Of a stretch of DNA of 64,000 nucleotides, positions 54,181 through 64,000 are shown in pieces. Both the position numbers and the translations under genes were made by a program. The notes beneath the pieces are model-generated. The model did no database searches. It saw only the letters and a list, made by a program, of their open reading frames with translations, and had not been told where the DNA came from. Each line of letters opens with the position of its first letter. Position 1 is the first letter of the stretch. This DNA is from Ministeria vibrans ATCC 50519. Lineage: Eukaryota > Protista > Filasterea. Location: assembly GCA_943704425.1 (NCBI GenBank), contig CALSCP010000863.1, positions 1,800-65,799 on the forward strand, written 5' to 3'.

Positions 54181-54862
54181 TGGAGAGAAAAAAGAAAAAG
54201 GTCAGAAGAGAAAAAAAACCCCCCGAATGTGTCTTACGGATCGTAGGAAGGCGGTTGCGGACGGGACGGGGCATCGGAGACAACATCATGGGAAGGCGCA
54301 CCATTATCAAGGGTGTGTGAAGGGGGCTGGGAAGGGGGGGTGGGTGCAATCGCTGTTTATAGGGTGTGTTGTGGGCTGTTCTCGGTCTCTCGCTGTTTCT
54401 CGGTCGCCCCAATGGGCGGGGCGGGGGCGGCTGCAAAGAACCAAAGACGAGTGCAAGAAGAGAGAACAACTATGATTAATGAAAAATCAAATTATTCAAA
54501 ATATAAAATTTTTCTTATCTGTTGATCGTCGAAAAAGTGGAGTTGATTTTTTGTGTTTTTTTTTTCTATAACACCCAATATGAATAAATTGGCCTGCGGG
54601 CGTCGGTGGCGGGCCGCCCGTGCCGCGTTTATTACAGGACAAGGCCGATCAGCCGAGTGGGTGAGAAGAGACGGCGAAGAGACGCGCGCAAAAAACGAGA
54701 AGGATCGACAATACAATTTGCATTTGCTTTTCCCTCTCAATTTCTCCCCACTCTTGCTGTTCTTCCTTCGGTTACACCACTTTGGTGGCTTTGCACACAT
54801 ATCTGACAGCTTACAAAGATGAGGCGTTGTGTCTGTTTATAATTTGTACAATTTACTAAATT

Positions 54863-57799
54863 TTACGCATCATCTTCATCCGCATCATCTTCATCCGCAT
54901 CGTCGTCGTCGTCGTTGTCGTTGTCGTCCGTCTCATTCGCCGAGTCGTAGACAAAATCAGCGTCGACAATGTTGCGGTTGATGCCACGGGTGGTGCGCGA
55001 CGAGGTGCGACTCGATTTGGGAGCAGTTGGACTCACAGTCCACGTCGCCGAAGTGTCCTTGCTGCTGGATGACGCACGCCGTGGCTTGGCAGGCGCAGTC
55101 GTCGTAGTAGTTGTCATCGTTGTGGTCGTCGTCTTCGGTGGTGGTTGTGATGACGGTGGTGGTGGTAGCTGCTTGGAGGAGGGATCTGCTCCCGCAGAGC
55201 TCTTGCTGCCGCTGCTGCTCTTCCGTCTCGCCGTCGGACTGTTCGTCGTCGTTGTGGACGTGAGGTCGTGCAGGATGCGTCCAAAGAGCTGTTGGTCGTC
55301 GACACTGTCAAGGTTGACCATCTCACTGGCAAGGTAGGCAGAGGGGCGACGACGCGCACGACCACTGTGGCGCGACGGAGGCAGGGCAAAGAGCGACGGC
55401 GACACTGACCGCTGTCGTTCACTCCCATCGCCATTCTCACCCTTTCCGCCCTGCTGCTTCACACCACTCATTCGCACACGCTTCTTCGCTGCTGCCGGCG
55501 CCTTACCCTTGCGATCCCGTCCCATCCGATACTCTCGCATCTCCGGGTCGTCCCCCTCCGTCTCCATCTCCCTATCCGCCTCACTCCGCTTCCTCTTCCC
55601 CCCGCGCCCTTCCTCTTCCTCCCTCTCCTCTTCCCCTTCTGCTCCGTCTCCCTTGGGCCCCACCAACGCCTTCTTCTTCTTCATCGTTGTCGTCGTGGTC
55701 GTCGCACTAGCACCCCCGCCCTTCGTCTTCTCCTCGTCGTCTGCCATAATCGGTAAGTACAGCACGGAGCGAGTCGCCGGGTCCTTGGCGCGTTCCTCCA
55801 TGCGTTTCCGTCGCTCCTCCAGCGACAGCGGCAGCAACAGGTCTCCATCGAGAATGTCCTCATCGCGAAACTCCTCCACAGGCAACGCTGCCACCGTATC
55901 CAGTGCTCGCTCGGTGCGCTCGGGATTCAGTCGCTGCTCTCGCTCAAACTTACTCTTGATTTGTCGTCGAGTGCGCGTCGGAAACAAATTGCGAATGAGT
56001 CCAAAATCAAGCCCACACTGTCTCAGTGCCAGATAGAACCGCTCCGTCTCCTCAATGCTCCATCGTGCACTTGGCTTGTGCTTGATGAAACTTCCGTATG
56101 TCGTCCGACTCTCCCTCTCCGTCACAGTACGTCCCATAAATTCGGCAGTGGGCTCCACTCGTCGCTCGGGCGGCGGTGCCTTGGCCTTGAGCGACGTCTG
56201 ATCCAGCGTGTACTTCCCGTCGATCATGGTCAGTCGCAGTGTCGCCTGTCCATCCCCTCCGTCGCCCGCACTACCACCATCGCCATTGCGACCCACACCC
56301 GTCCCTGCGCCGCCACCTGAGCCTCCCACTCCATCTTCCTTGCCCCCTCCACCACCTCCCCCATCACCACCCTCCCCCTGCCACTTCTGCTTCAACTTTT
56401 GCTTCTGTGTTGCCATCAGCGCATCCACCAAGGGCGTTCCAAGCAACTGCCGTGTCACCCGCTGCTGCATTTCACGCGTGAGATCCGCCTCCATCCGTTG
56501 CTGACTCCTCCGAAACTGCTTGCGTCCTGCCTCCTCCAGCATACTATCGTCGCCCAGGTAGTCCTCGTCCGCCTCGCCATCGTCATCCCCTCCTCCCAAA
56601 AAGAACGCCACCCCCCTATCCTTGTCCCCGCTCCCCTCGCCATCCTCGCCATCATCACCGTCGTCGACTGTGCGTCCCTTGTTTCGTCGCTTCACAAGCT
56701 CCGCCTCGTCTTCGCGGTGTCTTCGTTGTTTCTCCAACGTCTTGCGCACTCGTCGCCGCGTCACCTCCTTCAATCCTTCCCCTGTGCGTCGCCCTCGTCG
56801 TCGCCCTCGCTCAAGCGTCGATTTCATCTGTGAGCCGCGCGGGTTGAGACGTACCAGCTCGGCCATGGTCACCGACTCGAGATCTGTGTCCGCAGGCAAA
56901 AGTCGGTGGTTGATGCGCCGAGGTACGCGCACCACCGGTGCCGGGACCAGCATGGATGTGGTAGTCAAGCTCAACGCCGATGAAGAAGAAAGAGGAGCAG
57001 CAGCAGTAGTAGTAGTAGTAGCAGTAGTAGAAGTAGTAGTAGCAGCAGCAACAACAACAGCGGAAGTAGAGGAAGAGGCAGCAATGGGTGCCGTGGGCGT
57101 CTCAGACTCGATGCGTTCAGCGAGCTTCTCAATTGCTGTCGACAGGTCTGTCGTTGCAGTCGACGGAGGCACGGGCAAGTGCGTGGTCTTGGTTGTAGTA
57201 GACGCGACACCTGCTGAGATGGCAGTGATGTTGGCGGGCGCAATGAGACCGGCCGCGTCCGTTTTGGACAGTGGCTGCGGACGGTTGATCTGCTCTAACA
57301 ACGACAAGTCGGGACTCAAGCTGCTCTGCGTTACAGTAGTAGTCGTAGGAGGAGGCGGAGAAGAAGAAGAAGAAGAAGAAGACAGCGGCAGTGCACTTCC
57401 CGTCGCTCTGCTCGTTGGCGCGCTTGTCTTTGCCGGTGTGGGGGCAGTGGTGACGCGAATGCTCGGTCGCACCACTCTGTAATCATCGTCGCTCTCTTCC
57501 TCATCGTCCTCTTCCTCGTCGTCGTCGTCGTCATCGTCGTCGTCGTCATCATCATCATCATCATCGTCGTCGTCGTCGTCGTCTCCACCGTCGTCATCCT
57601 CGTCGCCATCCCCCTCCTCCTCGTCGTCGTCGTCGTTGCTCCCAACGGCGTCAACATCCCGCATGACAGGCGGTCGTCGCACCACTTTCCGCTCGACGGC
57701 GCGCGGTCCAGGCACTGGTTTCGGAACAGAGGCCGCTGTCGGGGTGGGTGCGGCCACCACGACCGCACGGCGACCGACGGGTTTCGGAGCGGCGCTCAT
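54863..57799 (-). CDS. BDP1: TFIIIB subunit B'' (SANT domain), intronless, acidic/low-complexity
   Basis: TYGSF...RWSIEETERFYLALRQCGLDFGLIRNLFPTRTRRQIKSKFEREQRLNP is the Bdp1 extended-SANT signature. Confidence 0.9.
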   Translation of the reverse strand: MSAAPKPVGRRAVVVAAPTPTAASVPKPVPGPRAVERKVVRRPPVMRDVDAVGSNDDDDEEEGDGDEDDDGGDDDDDDDDDDDDDDDDDDDDDDEEEDDEEESDDDYRVVRPSIRVTTAPTPAKTSAPTSRATGSALPLSSSSSSSSPPPPTTTTVTQSSLSPDLSLLEQINRPQPLSKTDAAGLIAPANITAISAGVASTTTKTTHLPVPPSTATTDLSTAIEKLAERIESETPTAPIAASSSTSAVVVAAATTTSTTATTTTTAAAPLSSSSALSLTTTSMLVPAPVVRVPRRINHRLLPADTDLESVTMAELVRLNPRGSQMKSTLERGRRRGRRTGEGLKEVTRRRVRKTLEKQRRHREDEAELVKRRNKGRTVDDGDDGEDGEGSGDKDRGVAFFLGGGDDDGEADEDYLGDDSMLEEAGRKQFRRSQQRMEADLTREMQQRVTRQLLGTPLVDALMATQKQKLKQKWQGEGGDGGGGGGGKEDGVGGSGGGAGTGVGRNGDGGSAGDGGDGQATLRLTMIDGKYTLDQTSLKAKAPPPERRVEPTAEFMGRTVTERESRTTYGSFIKHKPSARWSIEETERFYLALRQCGLDFGLIRNLFPTRTRRQIKSKFEREQRLNPERTERALDTVAALPVEEFRDEDILDGDLLLPLSLEERRKRMEERAKDPATRSVLYLPIMADDEEKTKGGGASATTTTTTMKKKKALVGPKGDGAEGEEEREEEEGRGGKRKRSEADREMETEGDDPEMREYRMGRDRKGKAPAAAKKRVRMSGVKQQGGKGENGDGSERQRSVSPSLFALPPSRHSGRARRRPSAYLASEMVNLDSVDDQQLFGRILHDLTSTTTTNSPTARRKSSSGSKSSAGADPSSKQLPPPPSSQPPPKTTTTTMTTTTTTAPAKPRRASSSSKDTSATWTVSPTAPKSSRTSSRTTRGINRNIVDADFVYDSANETDDNDNDDDDDADEDDADEDDA

Positions 57800-57927
57800 T
57801 TATACGAAAAAGTTTGCGCTTTTGAACGGTCGCTCAATCAGCAACGGTCGACTGACGAATTGGCGATCAAAATGAGTAAATCCAATATTTATTTATTGGA
57901 TCGTGCTTTTTGTCACTGTCACATTGG

Positions 57928-58635
57928 ATGCCGCCTCCTGTGCCCCGCTACGGGCGACCGTTGGGAAAGCCGTACGTCATTCCAAGAATTGAATAAGACT
58001 TTTTATGAACATTTTGAGCGTCGCTGTAGCGACAACAAGGCGAATGCACGGTGCCAAAAGTGCCATCAGAAGGGCCATTGGACGTATGAGTGTCGTGCTG
58101 GAGAGCAGCCCTACTTATATCGTCAGTCTCGATCGGTAAAGAAGCGACCAGAGTTCGTCTTTCACTCTCTCTCACTCTCTCACTCTCTCTCACTTTCTCT
58201 CTCTCGTTTCCCGTTGCCCCTACCTTGATGTTCCTTTGACGGCCTGCATCATGGCATTCTCACCCCTTGCCGTGCATTGCGTCGCTTTCGTTTTCACAGG
58301 AGCTTCTCCGCAAGACAGGACAGCGTGCCGTCGTCTCACACACCGCTCCTCCACCCGACGTCGATCCGCGCGTGGCCGCTCCCACCACCGCCCTGCTCGG
58401 GTCGAAATCCAAAAGGAAACGTCGCGACTCGTCGTCGTCGTCGTCGTCGTCCGGCTCTTCCTCCAGCTCCGCCTCCTCCTCGTCCAGCCGCAGCAATGCG
58501 TCGTCGTCGTCGTCGTCATCATCAGCATCATCATCATCATCGGCGTCGTCCTCATCGGCCGCCTCTTCTTCTTCTTCCTCCTCCTCCTCCTCGTCGTCAT
58601 CGTCGCGCAAACCAAAGCGCAAGCGAACGCGCTGA
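57928..58635 (+). CDS. ZCCHC10: Zinc-knuckle protein with poly-Ser tail, 3 exons
   Basis: RCQKCHQKGHWTYEC...YLYRQSRS|ELL matches ZCCHC10 RCQKCLEFGHWTYEC...YLHRPSRTAEL. Confidence 0.85.
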
Positions 58636-58750
58636 TGGTCACTTGTACAATTTGCTTTCTTTTTTGGTTTCACAGTTTTCTTTTTCATTCTCATACACAT
58701 TCACACACCAAGGCGTCCTCCAAGGTCTGCCATTTGCTCCGCCGCAGCGA

Positions 58751-59766
58751 CTACTCGAGCGGCACGGCGTTCTTCTGCGCCTTGAGCCAGGCCCGATAGT
58801 CTCGCAAGTTCATCACTTTGTCACCATAGTAGTCATCTGTTTGCCGGTCGCCGCTGCGCCGCTTCTCAAAGATGCGTCGAGTAAAATCTTCTTGGCGCTA
58901 AATGGGCAAATGTCAGAAGAACAAGACTAGGGGGGGGNNNNNNNNNNNNNNNNNNNNNNNNNNNNNNNNNNNNNNNNNNNNNNNNNNNNNNNNNNNNNNN
59001 NNNNNNNNNNNNNNNNNNNNNNNNNNNNNNNNNNNNNNNNNNNNNNNNNNNNNNNNNNNNNNNNNNNNNNNNNNNNNNNNNNNNNNNNNNNNNNNNNNNN
59101 NNNNNNNNNNNNNNNNNNNNNNNNNNNNNNNNNNNNNNNNNNNNNNNNNNNNNNNNNNNNNNNNNNNNNNNNNNNNNNNNNNNNNNNNNNNNNNNNNNNN
59201 NNNNNNNNNNNNNNNNNNNNNNNNNNNNNNNNNNNNNNNNNNNNNNNNNNNNNNNNNNNNNNNNNNNNNNNNNNNNNNNNNNNNNNNNNNNNNNNNNNNN
59301 NNNNNNNNNNGAGTGACATAATGAGACAAATCGACTGAGTGAGTTTTTCGTGCAGTCTCTCAGTGTGAGTGTCGTACAAGAGTATTGGAACCTGTTCCTG
59401 GGGGATGAAGGGGTCGAAGAGCTGTGGAAAGAGGGTGGCTACGGTAAAGGCGGAGCCGGACGAGGCGCAGAAGGCGACGGGAACACCCGCGACACGCTGA
59501 CGAAGCACCAGCTACAAAGCAACGAGGGCATTGGCGGGGTCTGCGCACGCAACGCCCGGCCAGGCAAGCCGGCCTACCTTCTTGTGCAGCGCCCGGTACT
59601 CGGCAAAGGGCATTCGATCGGCTGGATACGGTGTGTTTTGCGCTGGCGTCGGTTCGACGGGCGGCGCACTTGGCACTGCTGCTGAGGCGCTGCTCGACGC
59701 CATTGCCGATCGCGCGACACCGAGCCACAGCGTGCGAGGGGCAACTCTCGTTGTCGCGCGCAGCAT
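58751..59766 (-). CDS. PAM17: Presequence translocase-associated motor subunit Pam17 (middle exon(s) fall in the N gap)
   Basis: Arg/Ala-rich presequence, MPFAEYRALHKK, a TM segment, and last exon DFTRRI...DDYYGDKVMNLRDYRAWLKAQ matching Pam17 [20 protein letters not shown]. Confidence 0.8.
58938..59310. other. Assembly gap inside PAM17
   Basis: Run of N. Confidence 0.99.
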
Positions 59767-59871
59767 TTAAATATGGAAATATTATTGTAATAATAATTAT
59801 TGTCTAAAATCTAAATTTATTCAATTTATGTTCAATATTAATTTTGTCTGTTGTTCTTCATTTCAGCTTCG

Positions 59872-60995
59872 TTACAAATTGCTGTAGCTACTAGCGCCAC
59901 CGCCACAGCAGCGAAACACAAAGAGAGCGCCCTCCTTGATGAGGCTGGGCAGATCCTTCCAGAACTCAATGTTGGGAAGTGCGTCGACGCCGCGCTTGTC
60001 CTCCTTGCGCACCTTGTAGATGGAGCCGAAGAGGAGATAGGTAGAGAGGCAGCAAAAGGCAAAGATGAGCATGATGGAACCCGGCGAGATGGTGGGTGTG
60101 ATGATGGACGGCGTGGGCGTGGGAGCCACGGTGCACGCATAGCCCGTCAGGAACGTCAGGTAGTACTGCCCCGAATTGGGCAGCTCTGTCGCTTCCATCG
60201 GCGGCCTCGTATCGCCGTTGCCCGGATCACAGATCAGCTGCACGTGTGTCTCGCGCGTGCCGTCTCCATAGTACAATAACTAACGACAATACGTTACATA
60301 TAAAAGAAGAAAAGAAAAAAAATTAGAAACTCTCTGTGTCTCTCGTCCTCACCTCAATGGCTTCTTTCCCTCCAATAAAGCTCGAGCTCCACGTCGCTGG
60401 GAACTGACCGATCATGAACTGTTGTGCACCATCTATGCTGATCTGACAGGCGGCAGCGCCGTCGGGGCAGCCTGTGCCCGACGAGACGCCATCGCAGAAG
60501 TTGTAGATGGCATTGTAGTCACCAAAGGTCCCCGAGTCTGCACAGACGAGAGAGAGTGAGTGAGTGAGTGAGTGAGTGAGAAGGAGAGGGCAAAAGCCAC
60601 AGGCGATCAGTTCAATGGCCACAGTGCCGTGCCCCTGCACTGTGGCGACGCCCAGCGCGGCTGCATTGCGCTCCGTTGCGCCCACAGAGAGGAAAGAAGG
60701 AATGCCATTTTTTCTCTCAATCTCTCTCTCTCTCTTTCGTCTTCACACAAATGAAAAAAAAAGAAAAGAAATCGAAAGGCACAGGAAGACATCAACTTAC
60801 AAAATGTGCCATCGGTTCTTGTGAGTGGAGTGAGGTCGAACGTGTGGCCCGACGATGGATCTACAGAGTGTAAAGGGATGAGATGAATATTTTTTCTCTC
60901 TCGCTCAAATCACCTGTCCAGTCGCACTGTGCGACTGCAACAATCCCACTCACGTGACTTAACAAGCCAATGGCGACGAGGGTTCTAGTGAGCAT
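59872..60995 (-). CDS. Single-MRH-domain type I membrane receptor (CD-MPR/ATG27-like), 4 exons
   Basis: Signal peptide, FDLTPL, YNFC, ACQ, LICDP, YYLTFLTGYAC, TM segment (SPGSIMLI), tail GVDALPNIEFWKDLPSLIKEG, and terminal YSNL (YxxPhi). Confidence 0.85.
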
Positions 60996-61271
60996 TTTAT
61001 CAAGAATGAATGAAGTGAAGTGATATTAATTATGAATTTACAATCATTCATCATTGTGAATGAAATCCCACAAACTCTTAGCTATCCAGCTTCTTAGCCC
61101 TTAGGAGATCGGGATAAGTAGTATTAGTACTCTTACTAGTTCATGGCACAAGCATTGCATTACTCTTCGTTGTATCATAATTATGTTCAATTTTTCATCT
61201 TTTTCTAAAAAGTAAAACTTCATTAAAGCTTATCATTAATTATTTCTAAACTTCTTCTAATTTGAGTTATA

Positions 61272-62042
61272 ATGTTGAGGGGAAAGGTTGCGCTTGTGAC
61301 AGGTGCCGCGAGCGGTCTTGGAATGGCGTTTTGTTACGCGCTGGCTCAAGAAGGCGCCACCGTACGTCAACAAACATCACAACAACAACATCCTTTGGGC
61401 TTCTCACTCCCCGCCGAACCCTTGCAGCTGGCCATGGTTGATATCAACAGGGACCTTGCTCAAAAGACTCGCGAGAGCCTGCAGGAGACCTTCAAGGGCA
61501 TGCGCGCTGAAGTGATTCCGACCAACGTCGCAGATCGCAGCCAACTCAAACGTACTTCCGCACTTCCCTTCCTCTCTCGCCCCGCGCCTCTCGTCTGCTC
61601 ACCGCGCCCCTCCGTGTGTGTTGCGTAGAGGCTTTTGACCAGGCCCACGCCCAGTTTGGGCGCCTCGACATCGTTCTGAACAACGCAGGAATCGCCGACG
61701 AGAAGAGCTGGGAGCGAATGGTCGCCATCAATCTGACGGCCGTCATCGACGGAACCTACTTGGCCTTTGACGCATTCCGCCGCCACGGCAACGGCGGCGT
61801 CGTGGTCAACACCGCGTCCATGGGTGGACTCATCGCCATGCCCTTTGCCCCCGTCTACGCCGCCACCAAGCACGGTGTGGTGGGCTTCTCGCGCTCCTTC
61901 AAGCCGCTGGCCAAGGCAGAGAATATCCGCGTCAACGCACTCTGCCCCTCGTTTGCAGACACTCCCCTGGTGGCACACGGCATGAAGGAAGACACGATAT
62001 TCAAGTAAGCAAAGCTGCCGTACCACCACCAAACCAACGGCC

Positions 62043-62078
<36 letters not shown>

Positions 62079-62312
62079 GCAGAGCGGTTGTGCGTGGCGA
62101 AATGGGCCAAGAACTGCTGTCACCGGCTCTTGTCGCCGAGGGGATGCTACAACTTGTCACAAACACCGATCATGTACTCATGCAAGAGAGAAACAACGCC
62201 TTTTGACCGTGTACACACTTTGTAGAGTGGTGCAGTCATGCGAGTCACAAAAGGAAACGGAATTGATTTTCAAAAGTACGGCCGATTCCAAGAAAAGAGC
62301 TCAAAACTGTAA
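61272..62312 (+). CDS. 15-hydroxyprostaglandin-dehydrogenase-like SDR with C-terminal SKL
   Basis: TGAASGLG, LNNAGIADEKSW...INL.AVIDGTYL, YAATKHGVVGFSRS, VNALCPSFADT. Last exon SGAVMRVTKGNGIDFQKYGRFQEKSSKL*. Confidence 0.88.
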
Positions 62313-62389
62313 CAGCCCTAATAGAGCAAACAAAACGCAACACATACTGAAAGAATAGAAGAAGAAAAGAAGATGAACAAGAGTCTGTA

Positions 62390-64000
62390 TTAATTGATTG
62401 TGCCAAGAAGGGCAGTGAGTGAGCGCATTGTGCGCTGTCTGCGCACACTCACTGACTCCTCGCCCTGTTCGTCGACTGTCGACTCGCCCGAGGGCGAGAA
62501 TTGCTCGTCCATTTTGCTGAGGTTTGCGTTGAGGAACCCACACACATTCTATTGAGATGTAAAGAGTAAATGCGTCAGGTATCTCAAGCATTTAATTTGT
62601 GTGTGGGTGCGTCTGACTTGGAGTTCTCGTGCAAGGTCGATTTGGTGGAGAGTGGCCAAACGCGGCTGAAGTGCAAAGCGATGGGGAGTAGAGCAGCCCA
62701 GCAACATCTACGATACATTTCGAGTTGAGTCTCTCTAATAAGTGTGACTCCTTCTCTTCTCCATTTGCTATCACTTGGGTCTCTATCTCCCTCGCTCGCT
62801 CATTTATACGTCTCTCTATCACTTTGTTTCTCTCTCTATCACCTTTGTCTCTCTATCACTTTGTTTCTTTCTCCCTCCCTCCTCTCTCTCTATCACTTTG
62901 TTTCTTTCTCCCTCCCTCCTCTCTCTCTCTCTCTCAAACTCTCTCTCACACACTCTCTCTCTCAAACTCAATCTCTCACACACTCTCTCTCTCAAACTCA
63001 ATCTCTCTCTCAAACTCTCTCTCAAACTCTATCTATCTCTTTGCGTCTGACTTGGTCTTCTTCGCGACAGCAGGTCCATCGCTTGCGCTTCCAGATCCCC
63101 GGGTGGTAGTGGCTGATGTCCATGTGTGCACTGTCAGTAATGCTGCGGATGGCACTGAGCCAGTGAAGCAGATCGGAAGAGGACTCACACGCAAGCACAA
63201 TGTCATTTTCAGAGCCCTCAGCGACTCGCGCTGCGTCGCCCATGGCCAACTGATCGTCTACGCTCAGCATGCTTGAGCTGCGGCGCACACTGTTGCTCCC
63301 CTCTTTAAAGCGCGGATATGCCAAGGACGACGACGAAGTGGACGGGGAGTCGCCCGTCGTTGTTGTGACCACTTGCATCACCGACTGAGAAGTAGACAAA
63401 GTCAGTGCAGTGTGTTTTAGAGGGTCCTCAGCGGCCGAGCCCATGGACGACGAGGACGACTTCAGGTTGGTGCTGCTCGCAGCGGACAGACGACGCCGCT
63501 GCACTCCCTTGGACGCCCCTGTGAGCCCCGAGAAGGTGATGCATAGGATGTGGCGACGGTGGTACGCCCGCTCGTCGAGCATTTCCACTGCAACAATCTT
63601 CTCGCGCGGAATTTGTGCCTCAACATCGCCTTCGTAACAAGGTTAAGAGTCGGTGCATAACAAAATGCATGTTGGTGGGGACGTTTGTACCGTTGTCTTT
63701 GATGAGGAGCACTGCCTCGCCAGTGACGCGCACTAAGCGTGGAACGTACTTGTTGCGCTTGAGCAGTNNNNNNNNNNNNNNNNNNNNNNNNNNNNNNNNN
63801 NNNNNNNNNNNNNNNNNNNNNNNNNNNNNNNNNNNNNNNNNNNNNNNNNNNNAACACTGCAAACACGTCGTGTGAGGTTTGTTTTGGGGTTCTTACGTCA
63901 ATGAGATGATGGATAAACTCTTTGAGTTTGGGCACACAGGAGCGAATGGTGTCGAACAGGGGTTCTATCCAGGGTTCCTTTCCGCTTCCGAGTTGTGCTC
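62390..64000 (-). CDS. GAP1-family RasGAP (RASA2/3/4-like), 3' part: end of RasGAP domain, PH domain, BTK motif
   Basis: GKEPWIEPLF...LKEFIHHLID, PH (IVAVEMLDE...WLSAIR), BTK YHPGIWKRKRWTCC...GCS, then IDLARELQ (cf. RASA3 IDGDRETE). Confidence 0.85.

Overview
Gene-dense, intron-rich eukaryotic DNA: about 27 protein-coding genes, short GT-AG introns, many (CT)n/(CA)n microsatellites and several N gaps. Gene content suggests a unicellular opisthokont, probably a holozoan. Animal-type genes (FCSK, KIAA0825, Flower, vanin/biotinidase, GAP1-family RasGAP, possible TALPID3) sit beside genes animals lack (PAM17, Rxt3/HDC1, a DUF3684-type GHKL ATPase). Order: WDR11(-, partial), SLC49/MFSD7(+), DMAP1(-), two tandem divergent HSF-domain genes(+), GHKL ATPase-CUE-HExxH protein(+), GH35 beta-galactosidase 5' half(+), [PPP1R2-like(-), triple EF-hand-pair protein(+), SAM50 5' half(+)], GH35 3' half with ricin-B insert(+), FCSK(-), AFG2/SPATA5(+), small TM protein(-), TALPID3-like(+), DUF4149-like(+), KIAA0825-like(+), CSRP(+), vanin(-), HDC1/Rxt3(-), Flower(-), orphan Cys-rich protein with a 396-nt internal duplication(-), BDP1(-), ZCCHC10(+), PAM17(-), MRH-domain receptor(-), HPGD-like SDR ending in SKL(+), GAP1-family RasGAP(-, partial). 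The best candidates for undescribed biology are the GHKL-CUE-WLM-like metalloprotease, the paired non-canonical HSFs and the Cys-rich orphan. The 4.3-kb block splitting GH35 and truncating SAM50 is most likely a microsatellite-driven misassembly. All exon structures were spliced by eye and family calls come from recalled motifs; no database searches were run. No RNA genes, transposases or CRISPR arrays were recognised.
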